Shown here: piece after piece, positions 12,180 through 24,955 of the stretch
Position numbering within the stretch: the stretch's first letter is position 1
How the letters are laid out: each line of letters starts with the position of its first letter
From: Callorhinchus milii
Lineage: Eukaryota
Direction: 5' to 3'
Length of the DNA stretch: 64,000 nucleotides
Assembly (NCBI RefSeq): GCF_018977255.1
Contig: NW_024704742.1
Location: 127,102,001-127,166,000 of the forward strand
The notes under the pieces: model-generated
What the model saw: only the letters and a program-made list of their open reading frames with translations
Databases searched by the model: none
What the model was told of the DNA's origin: nothing
Made by a program: the position numbers and the translations under genes

Positions 12180-13080
12180 CGGGAGGGAGCCAATGGAGCC
12201 TGGCAAGGATTGCATGATGGGGTTGTGGAGTTCAGTATGGATGAGGATTTTGAATTATTTGGATCTTATGATTTTATGGAGCTGGGAAGAAGGGCAAGGA
12301 GGGCATTGGAAAATTGAGTTGGGAGATGATGAATGCGTGGATAAGGGTTTCAGCTGTGTTTGGTGTCAGGTATGATTGGAAATGGGTAATGTTGCAGTGA
12401 TGAAAGAAAGCGATCCTTTGGTGTATGAAGGACAGCTGAGAATCAAACCTGATGTGTCTCGGTTGCGCACAGGTTCAGTAAGTCTGAGGGATAAGTCGTA
12501 GAGGTAAAGGAAGTCGGAGCCACAAGTGAGAAGATTTTATCGGGAGTCGAGAAGGATGACTTCCGTCTCGTCAATGTTCAAAGCTGGATGAACACCAACT
12601 TTCATCCAGGCCTTAATGTTTGACAAGTAAGTAGACAAGAACATCGGAGATCTGGGATTATGGCTGGAGGAGGATAAATAGATTTGTACGTCATCTGTAT
12701 ACATGTGGAAGTTGACCCAATGTCTGCAGATGACATCACTGAGAGTGAACATGTAAATGAGAAAAAGAAGGGGGCCAAGGGTGGAGTCTTGTGTTATCCG
12801 TAGGTACCTGTGTAGGAGAAGAAACCTTTTTCAGAGATGAAGTGATTGTGGTGGGTCAAATAGGAGAGTGTGGTCCCACTGAGTTGGAAGAGGAAGGAGA
12901 GGCAGTCTTGGAGGATGGCATACTCGACTGTGGAAGGCAGCGGAGATGACAAGGAGGCAGAGGAAATCCTGGTCGGAGAGAGAGGACATCATTTGTGACT
13001 TTGAGGAGCGCTGTTTCGGTGCTATGAGCTGGGCAGAAAGCAGGCTAGAGGGGCTTGGGTTGGGAGTGGTATAAATGTCT
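12180..13080 (-). mobile_element. Degenerate L2 LINE RT fragment
   Basis: ORF 12537..12752 VICRHWVNFHMYTDDVQIYLS...IKAWM. Confidence 0.8.
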
Positions 13081-13865
13081 AAACTTGGTAAATGCTTATA
13101 ATCCTCCGCAATGTCGGTGCTCTCTGCCAAAAAAAAATTAAGAATTTGTGTCTGTGGCTGAACTTTTACACATTGTGGAATGGGAACATTCCATGCGAGT
13201 ATGACTCAAACTGCAGAGTGTAATAATAATAATAACAGTGTAATGCTACTGTTATATTGTTAATATTGCTGTGATACCAGGTCACTTTCACAACAATGTG
13301 CACGGTTATGCTGTTTGCTCACACAAAAGAGCCTCACACTACTTAAAAGATGTTTAAAATGCACGTAAGCAGAACACATTATGAATGTGATATCCATGTG
13401 CTCAGGGCATCCTGATGATTACTGTACTGTAGTCCTAATAATGTGTATTGGCCCATTGCCTCTAATATGTGGATGTTTCATTCTTGTATTAACCGATCGT
13501 GAATTTTCACTAAACTGTTACCCTCATCACTTGTTGGCTTCCATTTGATGATCAGAATGCTATGACTTTTCTGGTTAACCCAACTGTGAATTTGCACAAA
13601 TTCATAGCATGATTGCTTTGGCCAACCCTGGCTAAGAATGGGTATCACCTTTAAAAGTTAGGTATTATTAGCTTTACTTTAATGGTTAGTTTTGGTGGGG
13701 GACAAAATTAATTTGCTTGAAGATATGAAATTAATATTATTCTTGGTCTGTCTGTCAGGAAACGTGCTTGAGGTCTCCTAGAAAATAATTGTTCTGTTTT
13801 TTACTTTCCTCTCCTCCAATTCCACCCCTCCCACCCAAAAAAGACTGAGTCATTCATTTTTTTTA

Positions 13866-14935
13866 TCAGCCGGGTATCTGACACATACATTAGAATACAT
13901 TAGAATATACAGCACAGAAACAGGCTCTTCAGCCCAACTGGTCTATGCCGGTGTTTATGCTCCACATGAGCCGCTTCCTGCCCTTCCTCAACTAAGCCTT
14001 GAAGCATAACCTTCTATTCCTTTCTCCCTCATGTACCTATCTAGCTTTCCCTTAAATACTTCTATGATATTTGCCTCAACAACTCCTTGTGGTAGCACGT
14101 TTCACGTTCCCACTACTCTCTGTGTGAAGACATTTCTTCTAACTTCACTATTTGATCTATTTGTGACTATTTTATATTGATGGCCCCTGGTTTTGGTCTC
14201 CCCCACAAGTGGAAACATCTTCCCTATGTCTACCCTATCAAAACCTTTCATAATTTTAAAGACCTCTATCAGGTCACCCTTACCCTCCTCTTTTCAAGAG
14301 AAAAGAGTCCAAGTATGTTCAGCCTTTCCTGATAGGTGTAACCTCTCAGTTCTGGGATCATCCTTGTGAATCTCCTTTGCACCCTCTCCAGTGCCTCTAC
14401 ATCCCTTCTATAATATGGAGACCAAAACTGCACACAGTATTCTAAGTGTGGTCTAACCAACGTTCTATAGACGTTTACCATAACTTCCCTACATGGGGAA
14501 ACCCATGGGGAAACTGATTGCCGTGCTTGAGAGTATCCAATCTGAGAATTCCATGCATCCCACCTATACATTTGAATTCCGGAGATAGATTTTTGGAGTG
14601 GAATGCTCACTCTCTCCCTAGAGGGACGCATCCTGCTTACCTAATTCCGGAAAATATTAGGCACAGGTTGGCAAGAACCAAGGCTTGGGGACCATAGTGT
14701 ATGCATTGGGGTATTGCTGGAGTCTAACCAACTAAAACCACATAGCTTGTCATTGATATCACTGTCTGGCAAGCTTTCCCGCTACTTGTCCGTTGGGGCT
14801 GTGGCTTGCAGGGTTAATAGCAGTTGAGTGGGATGATTCCCTGTCCTTCCAGCTCCAGCCGATGATCCAGGCTGGCTGTGCTGTCATGAGCAGTGCACTG
14901 GAATACTCCGGACCAGCCTGGCTCAGGAACCAGAC
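13866..14935 (+). repeat. Unclassified interspersed repeat, copy 1 (split by CR1)
   Basis: Colinear similarity to 32245-32870 (cagccgggtatctgacac...catgcatcccacc...gcacaggttggcaag...ggctcaggaaccaga). Confidence 0.8.
13885..14490 (-). mobile_element. CR1 LINE 3' fragment inserted in an unclassified repeat
   Basis: ORF 14269..14631 part VYRTLVRPHLEYCVQFWSPYYRRDVEALERVQRRFTRMIP; tandem terminal motif ATTCTAATGT at ~13886-13905. Confidence 0.92.
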
Positions 14936-16749
14936 GTAACAAAACCATTAGTTATAAAACCTTTAGAAAATGACTTGAGACAAGATCAAATGAAGGATGG
15001 AATTGAAGCAGGGGTTTATGATAAGTCTCCAACTCTTATCATTAATAAAACTTCAAAGCTTTTACTTTGCTAGTGAATTGTCCAACATGTTGGTAGAAAA
15101 ATAACCCCACCAGAATTAATGTAGGGTGGTGGAAGAAGGTAGGATAGGTATTAGGGAAAGATGAGATCGAATGGGCCAAAGGGCCTTCTTCATCCAAAGC
15201 AATCTTGTATAACCATGGATGAGGATTTCAGCATTGCGAGTGAAGTAAGGGTGCAAGTTCGCAACATTTTTGTACGGAAAAGGATTTTCCTAGCAATTAT
15301 TCAGCCATCGGATTTGAAATTTACTTCTAGGTTGAATTATATGCCAATATTGCATGCTACTCGGTTCATCCTGAACAAGCAACCAAAGAGATTAATGAAC
15401 TGAAGCAGAAGCCTGTTGGTGTTGGAGAGAATTAGACAAGATGATGTTTGGGTAGTTTCAACAGGGCTTGAGGGGGAAAATATAAATGAATGCTTTGGAC
15501 TGCCTGCAAGTTAGTTTTGGCTCTGCTGACTGATCTCTGAGAGGAAGGTGGACTCATCTGGAGACAAAAGAATCTGTCTGTGGTGTGGTGCTCTGGAGTG
15601 TCGATTAAGGAAAGCCTGGGATATCCGTCAAGGCTGAGTCTTAAAGAAATTGCAACAGGAAAACCTTTAAAAGAAGCAATCAGATGGTGACAGCTAACTG
15701 CTGTCGTATGGTAAGGGATGTGTTAAGATGTTGCAGGGATATTTGTATTTTTAGAAATAGTGTAAGTTGTTGGGTTTGTTGAGTTATAGACATTTTCTTG
15801 TGAGGTGGAATTGAACTGAACTATTTTCTCAACTCTGCTCTCTGATCATTCAGCTATGCATTTACCATGTCCCCCAAATACTGTTTTTATTGCCATAACT
15901 ACCTTTTTGACTACACTTTTGGTTATCTTTCCCCAACCTACTTCCATTTCCAGCTCAGGACCCAAGCCCCGGATGTCCACCTGATGTGAAAGGCACTGTA
16001 TAAATGTAATCTTGTTTTATATAATAACTTGCAGAGAGAGTACAATTTCACCAGGCTTGATGATTGACCTTCCCCTAAAATTCCAATTTTTTTCACAACT
16101 GTATTTTAGAGTAGAAACGACAAGCATATATTTCCAGGGCAGGACCCTTGACTTATTTCTGTAGCCTTTATTCTGTTGAAAATCCTCTTGAATATAGCAA
16201 GACTCTTATGTATAATGCTGAACATTTTCAGGAACGTGCGAGCTACTGGCACACAATGTGCTTGCCGTTCTTGTAATGAAATAATGTTGAACAATTTGCC
16301 AAACTAAGTTTCACACTGCAAAAAAAATTCATCTATAAACCTTTAAAGACTGTTCATTTCCGGTTTGAAGGTAGGGCATATCTTCCAACGCAGCATCGCA
16401 CAGGTTAGAAAATAAACAATTTTCACTCCAAGTCAAATATGAGGTTGATGTACACGAATCTCTCCATGGTATCATTTCTATTTCAGTTTTGGATCAATTG
16501 GTATTTGCAGGAGTACTTTTTAATCTGGCCTTGAAGATTGATCCGGTCTGGTGTGGACAATTCAAACGGTGTACTAGCAAAGCTTAGTTTAAATCTGTTA
16601 ATGAGAACATTTTCCAAATGCTTCCGACCGCTTCAAATCGTGGGTAAGTATATCATTTAAGCCGGCACCTTGAAGGTTGTTTATAAATGCCTCTCACCCC
16701 AAAACCCACACAGACACACACACATCTCCTGCATGATATTAGAGCTTTC

Positions 16750-17145
16750 TGTTTTAGTTGCAGTGACCTAGCATGACACTGCTAGGCAACAGGGAGAAGT
16801 TTCTGTCTGGGTAGATTGCCAATCAAAGGCAGCAGCATTCCACCAATCAGCTATGTGCTCCGCCAGAAAGCCAGAGCTGACGGATGAGCTCTCTCAGTCA
16901 GCTGATAGGAAACCAAGTGAAAGCTGTAACCGGCAAGAACAAGGCAGTGTATGTGAACATTTTCATTGTGCTAAGAAAGGGCGAGAATACCAGATAATGC
17001 TGCTCAAGGTCTGCCTGAATGTACAACCAGCCGCTATGTATTTAAGCAACATTAGACGGGCTTGTGTTACCCTCCTGGTGTGTGCTGTGTAGTACAGTTT
17101 TCCCCTGGACTAGATCTTTCTATAGAAAAGTTAACTGGGTGAGTA
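16750..17145 (+). promoter_or_regulatory. Candidate alternative promoter/first exon or enhancer
   Basis: RFX X-box-like ACTGCTAGGCAAC (16778-16790), two CCAAT boxes (16819, 16843), CAGCTG E-box and a donor GG|GTGAGT at 17139, inside a ~3 kb stretch with no recognisable repeats. Confidence 0.35.
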
Positions 17146-20100
17146 CTGCAGGATTAAGGTGTCTAATGTTGTCCTTGGGGAGAAGTACAGGGTAATTGGA
17201 GAAGCACTGGGTAATTGGTGTGCACAATGTCTGACACACACACACGCCAGTTGGTAAGAATTTTACCAAATCTGATTTTAAGTTACTGTGGCTTCTGAAA
17301 CCTGAAACAGTTTGTGCATTTACAAGCAGCAGTGTCTATAAGATTGTGTGAATCGTGTTTTTAAATGGTGAATACTTGCTGAATACCTCTTTCTCCCCCA
17401 CCCCCGACTAAAAACTCCCTTTTTTTTCCTTTGTGAGATGTGAAATGACTGTGTCACTCATGGATTTAGTGGTATTAAGGACCAGGGTGATTCGGTGAAA
17501 TCCTGTCTAGGTGTGAATGCTGGTGAAATATTAGAGTTTGTACATTTGGCGATTCCTGGATGACCAAATACAGTACTAGGCCTTTCCGAGTGATGGGCTA
17601 TCAGGTAAATTAACCCTTCTTTGTCTCCCTGCTGCAGCTTTGATTAAACGTTAAGACAAACTCTTTGTGTTACTGAAATACTGTATTCGCCTCAAATGAT
17701 CTCATTCTGACTAATCACTGGATACAAATAAAAGTTGGAAAATGCTGGTTCGGTTTTCTTTTGTCTGAAACCTGCAGGAAGTGCATTCTAACTGCACAAT
17801 TATTCACATAATTTGGTGTGAAGAAATTCTACGAGGGCATCTTTCTGAGATGGGATTTGATCTTTTTGATGTGGGATTTTGCATGATTTTACAATCTATC
17901 TGAGAGTTTCGACAATTACCTAGGATTACAAATGACTATCTTCGTGAAAGGACTGCAATGAAAAGATTATCTCTGGCGGAGGGGGAATTAACCAAATTGG
18001 TGCTATTTTAAAAAAATGGTCTCCAGTACTTTGTTAATTAACATTTGAACTTACAGTTTGTGAGAAGCAAAAAGCAATTGTTCTCAGTTAACCCCAGTTA
18101 TTTCCACCATTTCCTTGCATTTAGAAAACTTGTGCTTCTATTTTTCAGTTGTTGACTCTATATAGGGTAATGAAAACCCAAGAAGATATTTCAAGGCAAT
18201 AACGAGTCGAGGACATTCGCTGACATCTTAAACCACTGGAGTGAATCCTATGGCTTATCTGTTTCCTCTCGACCTCTCATACCTCTCGGTAACATGGAGA
18301 AGTACTAACAAAGCTGAGAGTACAAAGAAATTTCTTTTGCATTGTGACTTGAATCATCTGAGTGCTGTAAAGCCCCCCCCCCTACACACACACACCCAGT
18401 TTCATAGCCTTTTCTCCTCTTCCCTTCTTAAGGCATTGATATGATAGGGTATGGGTTGATGGGATGCTCCTGTCCCTCATCTTGTTTCAGTGACCTTTAT
18501 TCATTGGCACAGAATTCAACCATCATCCAATTGTATGCTCATCTGATTTTCACTTCCCACTGTATGGTGAATAAGAGAAGGAAAACTGGCTGTGTTTCTT
18601 TTGCCCCTCCAAGATTCCATTATTTGGGAGGAGGGGCTGAGAGTCATTTTAATGGCCCATTGCTTCCTTGATTGGAAGCAATCTCAACACAAACCAAAGC
18701 TCCTGGTCTTTATTGGATCAGTCTCGCTCCATGCAGCACAACAAACAATTTCCAGAATGTAAGGATGTTTTATCATCTCTATTCTTAATGACATGAAATA
18801 CGGTTAGATTTACGATCGGTTATTAATTATCTTTACATTTGGTGTAGTTTCACATCAGACCATCCCAAAGTGCTTCACCTAATGCAAAGTGGAGTGACTG
18901 TGTACAATATATTAAAAAGGCTTCTTTTGTTGACCTTTCTTAGGAAATTATTCATTGCTAATTGCAGCTAACTTAATAATCCTTGCATTTCATATAGAGC
19001 CTTATCACGCTTTGAGACGCCTCAAAGCGTTTCACAGGATATACTGTCAAGTAGCTTTGACTGCGTGTTTTGTGGTCAAAATTGCAGGAAAGAATTTGTT
19101 ACTCAGTGTTTAATTACTTGGACGCAATTCATACTGCAATTTTATTCTAGCAGCACTGGTCATTCACACTCGCTTGGCTCAGTTGGGTTCTCAGCCAGGC
19201 AGCTGAAGAGAATGCTTTTCATGTAGTGTTCTTATCTGGGGGGGTGGGCATGGGTGTTGGAGGCTGAGGTAATTGGATTTGCACAGCCTGAATCAAACAT
19301 TGTGCTTCCCAAGAATCAGTGTGTGGTGTCAACTGCAGTGATGTACCAGATGAAACTCTCAGGCCTAGGAGTGTGTAGGGTAATGTGTGGGCTGTAGGTG
19401 AGAAAATCACTTATTGTGGGAGGGAAGTAAAATAGGTTAGTTGCAAGTTATTTAAACCTCTTGTAGTTTTGCTTTGCATAGTTAGTATTTCTTGCGTCTC
19501 GCACTTTTTTATGCATTTGAAGTATTTTATGCAGCTTTTTTTCAAAAAAGTCTAACAGTATACTATAACCTGGCCTAGGCTGATGTGAACTTGCAGTGCT
19601 CCATTACCTGGAGGCACAGAGCACTGGCAAAAGGGATAATCAAAGAGTTCAGCTTCTCAAGTCTAAAAGTGATTTTCTTTTGTTTGCTATGGTGCATCAT
19701 AGGCCTTGTGTCTACTCCAGAATAGTTCTGAATACCTTGTAGTTCCTGTTATAGCAGAGCCAACGTAATTCTTCCCCTTCTTCATTCCCTTTCTACAGTG
19801 AGGCAAGAAAAACCTTCTCGGTTTGTCATCTGATTAGATGAGTCAAGATCTGTAAATACTTGAAACCATTAACATTTGTTTGCGGTTTATTCTCTTTCTA
19901 TCCGATATCTACGTGGATCTCGATGATGATATTCTGGCATAGGGTAATCTCTTCTTTCAAACATGTTCTAAGAACACAAAAGGTTTGTTTCAGTAATGCC
20001 TTGTCTGATTTTTATGTCAGCTGCTGGTATGTTTCCAAAGCATACAACAGCCGGACTATAATGCATCAGCTATAAAATGTTAGGAGGTGCATGTTTTTAA

Positions 20101-20621
20101 AAGAGCAGCTTGTAGTTAACGGGAGATAACAAACAGAAGTAAAGTTATAAAACGGAGGAAAACCTGTTCCACTGTCTCGAGTTTTGTATGATTAAAGCAT
20201 TTAATTTGTGGTCTTAAACGGGTGTGGGGGGGCTTGCTATTTTGAATGTCTCCTGAGCTGTGAGCAAATAGATTCTGCTCTGTGTTTCAGTCTGAAATGA
20301 ACAATTGTGCCTTCTCAGCGTGAGAGCAGGTCACTGGCAGGTTTTTTTTACACAAAAAAAGCTTTACCATTCTGACTGCTTTAAAACTGCAGTACAATAT
20401 GGTAACGAATTCAGCAACTGAAAACTCTCCAGCTGCAGTATTCTTACTTTTTTTTCTTTCGTTGGGGCTGCTTAGAATTTCAATATGGTTGAAGGAGGGT
20501 GAATAAGTGTGCAAGTCGTGTCCATTTACAAAAACATTGTAGTATTTAATTCTTTGCTCAAATTTACAGTGCCTTTCATGTGGTGGAATGGGAGCCCAAG
20601 CAGAGAAGGTAATAGGGGTAA

Positions 20622-20931
20622 AATAATAATAATAATCCTTGCATTTGATATAGCGCCTTATCATGTCTTCTAGACGTCTCAAAGAGCTTCACAGAATAGA
20701 CTGTAAAGTGAATTGATTGTAGTTTTGTGGGTGAAACACGGCAGCCAATTGCGCACAGCAGTGTCCCACAAACAGTCGTGGATTGAAATGACCAATTTAT
20801 TATTGTGGTTTTTTTTGAGGGATTATTATCAGGCATGTGGAGTAAGGAAACTTGCCCAAGGTTTCGCCCTGCCGGGAATCGAACCCAGGTCTCTCGTTTG
20901 CAAAGCGAGTGCTTTAACCATTGAGCTACAG
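20622..20931 (-). mobile_element. tRNA-derived SINE (short variant), well preserved
   Basis: Head ctgtagctcaatggttaaagcactcgctttgcaaacgagagacctgggttcgattccc; (ATT)n tail. Confidence 0.9.
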
Positions 20932-20934
20932 GGT

Positions 20935-21730
20935 ATAGGAGGAAGGTGGGGATGAAGACCAAAGGCAGTAAGAGAGGTTTTTAGAAGGGTATTGAAAGCG
21001 TGGAGGGCAGGAATTCAAGGTGGAAGGAATTGGAGGGAGAGAGAGGTTCAAACAACCAGGGCAAAGTAGCATGCTGAAAGCTTGCATGCTGGTGGTGGGG
21101 CAGGGGAGATAGACTGGGCTTTTGTTAGTAGAGGGGAGAAAGTGGGTGGGAAAGGAGGAGCACTGTAGCAAATCAGAGGTAAAGTAACATAACATGTAGG
21201 AGCAAGAGCATGAAAGCATTTGGAAATTACACTGAGGATCTTAAATTCAATCCAGGAGACAACTGGAGTCAACTGAGCTTGGCAGGGCTGGGGATGAGGG
21301 GCTTATGGGGCTGAGTATGGAAGATATGGGGTGTTAATATTGGTCTGGATAATGTTTTAGGAGGGTTTAGCTGGGAAGCTTTATGAGAGGGTATTGGAGA
21401 GATGAGTCTAGAGGAGAAGGTATGGTTAGCTTTTCGACTGCATCAACGACCACTTGCATTTATATAGGGCCGTTATGACGCCGAGGAGGAGGGAGGTCAC
21501 TGTTGGCACTATCGAAAAGAAAGGTCTTCAGGCATGATCTGATAAATAGGGAAAGAGGGGGCAAGGCGGAGGGATTGAGGGAGAGAGTTCCAGAGATTCG
21601 GAGCGAAGTGATAGAAAGCATTTAGGTTGAGGTAGGGACTGAGGCAATTAATGCTTTGACGGAGGAAGTGGACATGGTGAAGAACTAGTTGAAAAGCTTG
21701 AAGGAGAGTGGAAGGTCAAACAAAACACCA
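20935..21730 (-). mobile_element. Highly degenerate L2 fragments
   Basis: Purine-rich minus-strand L2-like text (gaggatcttaaattcaatcc; ggggcaaggcggagggattgagggagagagttccaga). Confidence 0.6.
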
Positions 21731-23939
21731 AACAAAATGTGAGGAACTATGGAAAAATTATATTGCACTTGCTCTTGAGTATTTTTGTATTATTTATACC
21801 AGACATAAGCTCAGTGAAATATATTGGTCTTACAAGTCAAATGAGTTGACATGACCCATTGGGATCAGTGGTTGTGAGTGTTAGCAGGTTATTGATTTGA
21901 ATTTATTTTTCCTTTGCATAAATATGACTATGACAGTGGAAATATTGAACAAAGAATTCATCTCAATGTCAGGAAGCAGTTTGTCTCAAATACATGGGTT
22001 CTCTGGCATCACTTGGCAAACAATTTTGCAGCGTTGCAACATTCTATCTTCTTCCATTAGGTTCACTCTGAACACTTTCTGATTTTAATGCTCTTTAATT
22101 ACACACAAGATTGTGCAGGACAGTAGTTTTAAATGCTCTCTTTTCATGGCTAGGATCTGGAATCGCATCAAGCCTGAACTACACTGGGATCAGTCAGTCT
22201 TCTTTCTTTCCTCTTGATATATTTCCCTGCAACTTATGTTTTGGCAGTCAGAGGGATACCAGTCCACAACACAAATGCACGTATTTTTTGGCAACCTGAC
22301 ACCAGCTGTAACAATGACTGAGGCAGGAAATGCAACTGTTGCATCAATGCAGTTAAAGTGTTATTCTGTTGTAGAAGTTGAGGCATTTTGTTGGCATAGC
22401 TGAGGGATATTTGCTCAGCATCTGGCCACGACACACTTTGGGTCAGGAAATATTTGATACTAACACTGGTTAGCCACAGTAGTTTTTTTTTGGGGGGGTG
22501 GGGGGGTGTGGATGGGTCAGCCAGGTGTCTGTCACAGGCGGAAACCTATTGCCACACTTAAGACTATGCAAACCAAACAGAATTCCATGCGTTCCACCCA
22601 GCCACAATACCTTGTGTCCCTTCCCATCAGCAAACGTGTATCCAAAACTGAGGGCTAAGAAGTTGTTTCACTTTGTAAATATCTTCTCTTGTAATCCAAA
22701 GTAGAGTTCCAGATTTTTTTAAAAAAATGTATGGGGGCAGGGGGATGGAATGTGCCTGTCAATTTTCTTTTTGGCTCAATGATATTTGTCTTTGGAAATA
22801 CAGTTTGGCGTGTCATTGAAACTGGTTAATATCGTACTGAACTAAATTTCTTGAATTTGCCTGCTGTGACCTCATGAGCTATGGAAGTAATGTGAAATGC
22901 AATTTCTATTTGGCCACACTATTTGGCCTAAGTGTGTCTCTGATCTGCTCACCCCATCTGCTCAGCTAACACAGACATGTCGCCTGTTTCCTCTATGCCG
23001 CTATCGGTAGTTGAGCCTTCAGTCAGTATGCTCCTTGTGTCCCTCCACCTCACTTTCTCTCTGTCTTTAAGTCCTACCTTAAAGTTACCACTTCAACCAT
23101 GCCACTGTTCTTCTTCCTCTCCTCCTCCGTTGGACATCTAACCCTGCTGTTGTAAAGCACTCTGAGACGTTATCCTATGTGAAGGACACATTATAAATGC
23201 AAGTTATTGCTTCGTCCACAAAACATACAGTCATTTCACTTTACTGTGAAGTGCTTTGAGACATCTCAACAACACAATAAGGTGTTATTATTTGTTAATG
23301 AACCTCACTTCAGTCTCTTGAGGAGGAACATTCTGCAAAGTTTTCTCATCACTCAGCCCCTAAAATAAATCAAGCAAAACTCCAAAGCATTTTTGAAACC
23401 CAACTATGTATATTTAGTTGCTTTTAGTTCCTAAGAGCACAAGAACCATTTTACAATCTATGGAGTATTTGATAAGTGATGACTAACACAGGCTGAACTT
23501 AAGTAGCTGACTCTATTAAGTTTGGATGAATACTTAAGTACCTCAGAGGATTATGTTTAGATCTTTGCCCTGGTCCCCAGATATTTGCATCCTTTCACTC
23601 CAACCCAAACTATGAATGATTTGCAGTCAGTACGGTCCAATCTTCTGACTGATGCATTGCTCACTCTTGACTCTCTTTGCTCCACAAACAATTTGCTAAG
23701 CCATACGCCTCCCTGTCCATTGCAACCTCTCGTCCAAAAACACTTTGGTTCAATTCACTTTATAGTCTATTCTGTGAAGCATTTTGAGACTATGGAAGAC
23801 GTGATAAGGCACTATACAAATGTAATCTTGTTGTTGTATATCAAATGCAAGGATTATTATTATTTATTATTATTACCTCTTGCTTTGCCTCCAAAAAAAA
23901 CTTCTACAAACCTCCTTTGAATCCTTCCATCTTTTATTT

Positions 23940-24955
23940 CAGGGATTGTTCTCCTTAGAGCAGAGAAGGTTAAGGGGAGATTTAATAGAGGAGTTCAAAA
24001 TTATGAGGGGTTTTGATGGAGGATATAGGGAGAAACTATTTCCATTAGCAGGTGGATTGATAATCATAGAATCGTACAGCACAAATAGAGGCCATTCGGC
24101 CCATCGAGTTTGTGCCGGCTCTTTGAATAGAGCAATTCATGTCAATCCCACTCCCCAGCCCTTTCCCCATAACCCTGCAAACCCATCCTCCTCAAATACC
24201 CGTCCACCACGTTTTTAAAAGTAGTTATCGAATCGGCCTCGACCACCCTTTCAGGCAATGTGTTCCAGATTCGAACAACTCGCTCCGTGAACAAATTTCT
24301 TCTCACCTCCCCTCTGCTTCTTTTAGAGACTATTTTGAATCTGTGACCTCAAGTCACAGACACACCCATCAGTGGAAACAGTTTTTCCCTTTCTAACCTA
24401 TCAAATCCCCTCATGATATTGAAGACCTCTATTAGGTCTCCTCGTAACCTTCTCTGCTCCAATGAGAATAATCCTAACGTCTCTAACCTTTCCTCATAAT
24501 CAAAGTCCCTCATTCCTGGTACCATCCTCGTAAATCTCCTCTTCACCCTTTCCAATGCCTTAACATCCTTCTTGTAGTGTGGTGCCCAGAACTGGGCACA
24601 GTATTCTAACTGAGACCTAACCAGTGTTTTATACAGGTTAATCATAACCTCCTGACTCTTGTACTCTATGCCCCAGGGCGTATAGATTTTAGATAATTGG
24701 CCAAAGAACCAGAGGGAAGTTGAGGGAAACTTTTTTTACACTAGGAGTTGTTACGGTCTGGAATGCCCTGCCTGAAAGGGTGGTGGAAACAGTTTCAATA
24801 ACAACTTTCAAAAGGGAATTAGATAGGTCCTTGAAAAGGAATAATTTGCAGGGGTATGGCAAAAGAGCAGGGGAATGGGACTGATTGGGTAGCTCTTCCA
24901 AAGAGCAGGTACAATGGCTGAATGGCCTCCTTCTGTGCTGTTATATTCTATGATT
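23940..24955 (+). mobile_element. Older CR1 3' fragment split by a younger inverted CR1
   Basis: [16 protein letters not shown]... up to ~24062, resumes at ~24673 (ccagggcgtatagattt) and ends in ATTCTATG at ~24946-24953. Confidence 0.88.
24064..24672 (-). mobile_element. Young CR1 3' fragment nested in an older CR1
   Basis: ORF 24349..24645 differs from the corresponding part of 1650..2243 at 10 of 98 residues; begins with catagaat (reverse complement of ATTCTATG). Confidence 0.95.

Noticed and set aside
19799..20026. Possible extra UTR exon (acceptor ccctttctacag at 19798)
   Set aside because: Good acceptor but the donor is ambiguous (several mediocre candidates); not supportable without transcript data.
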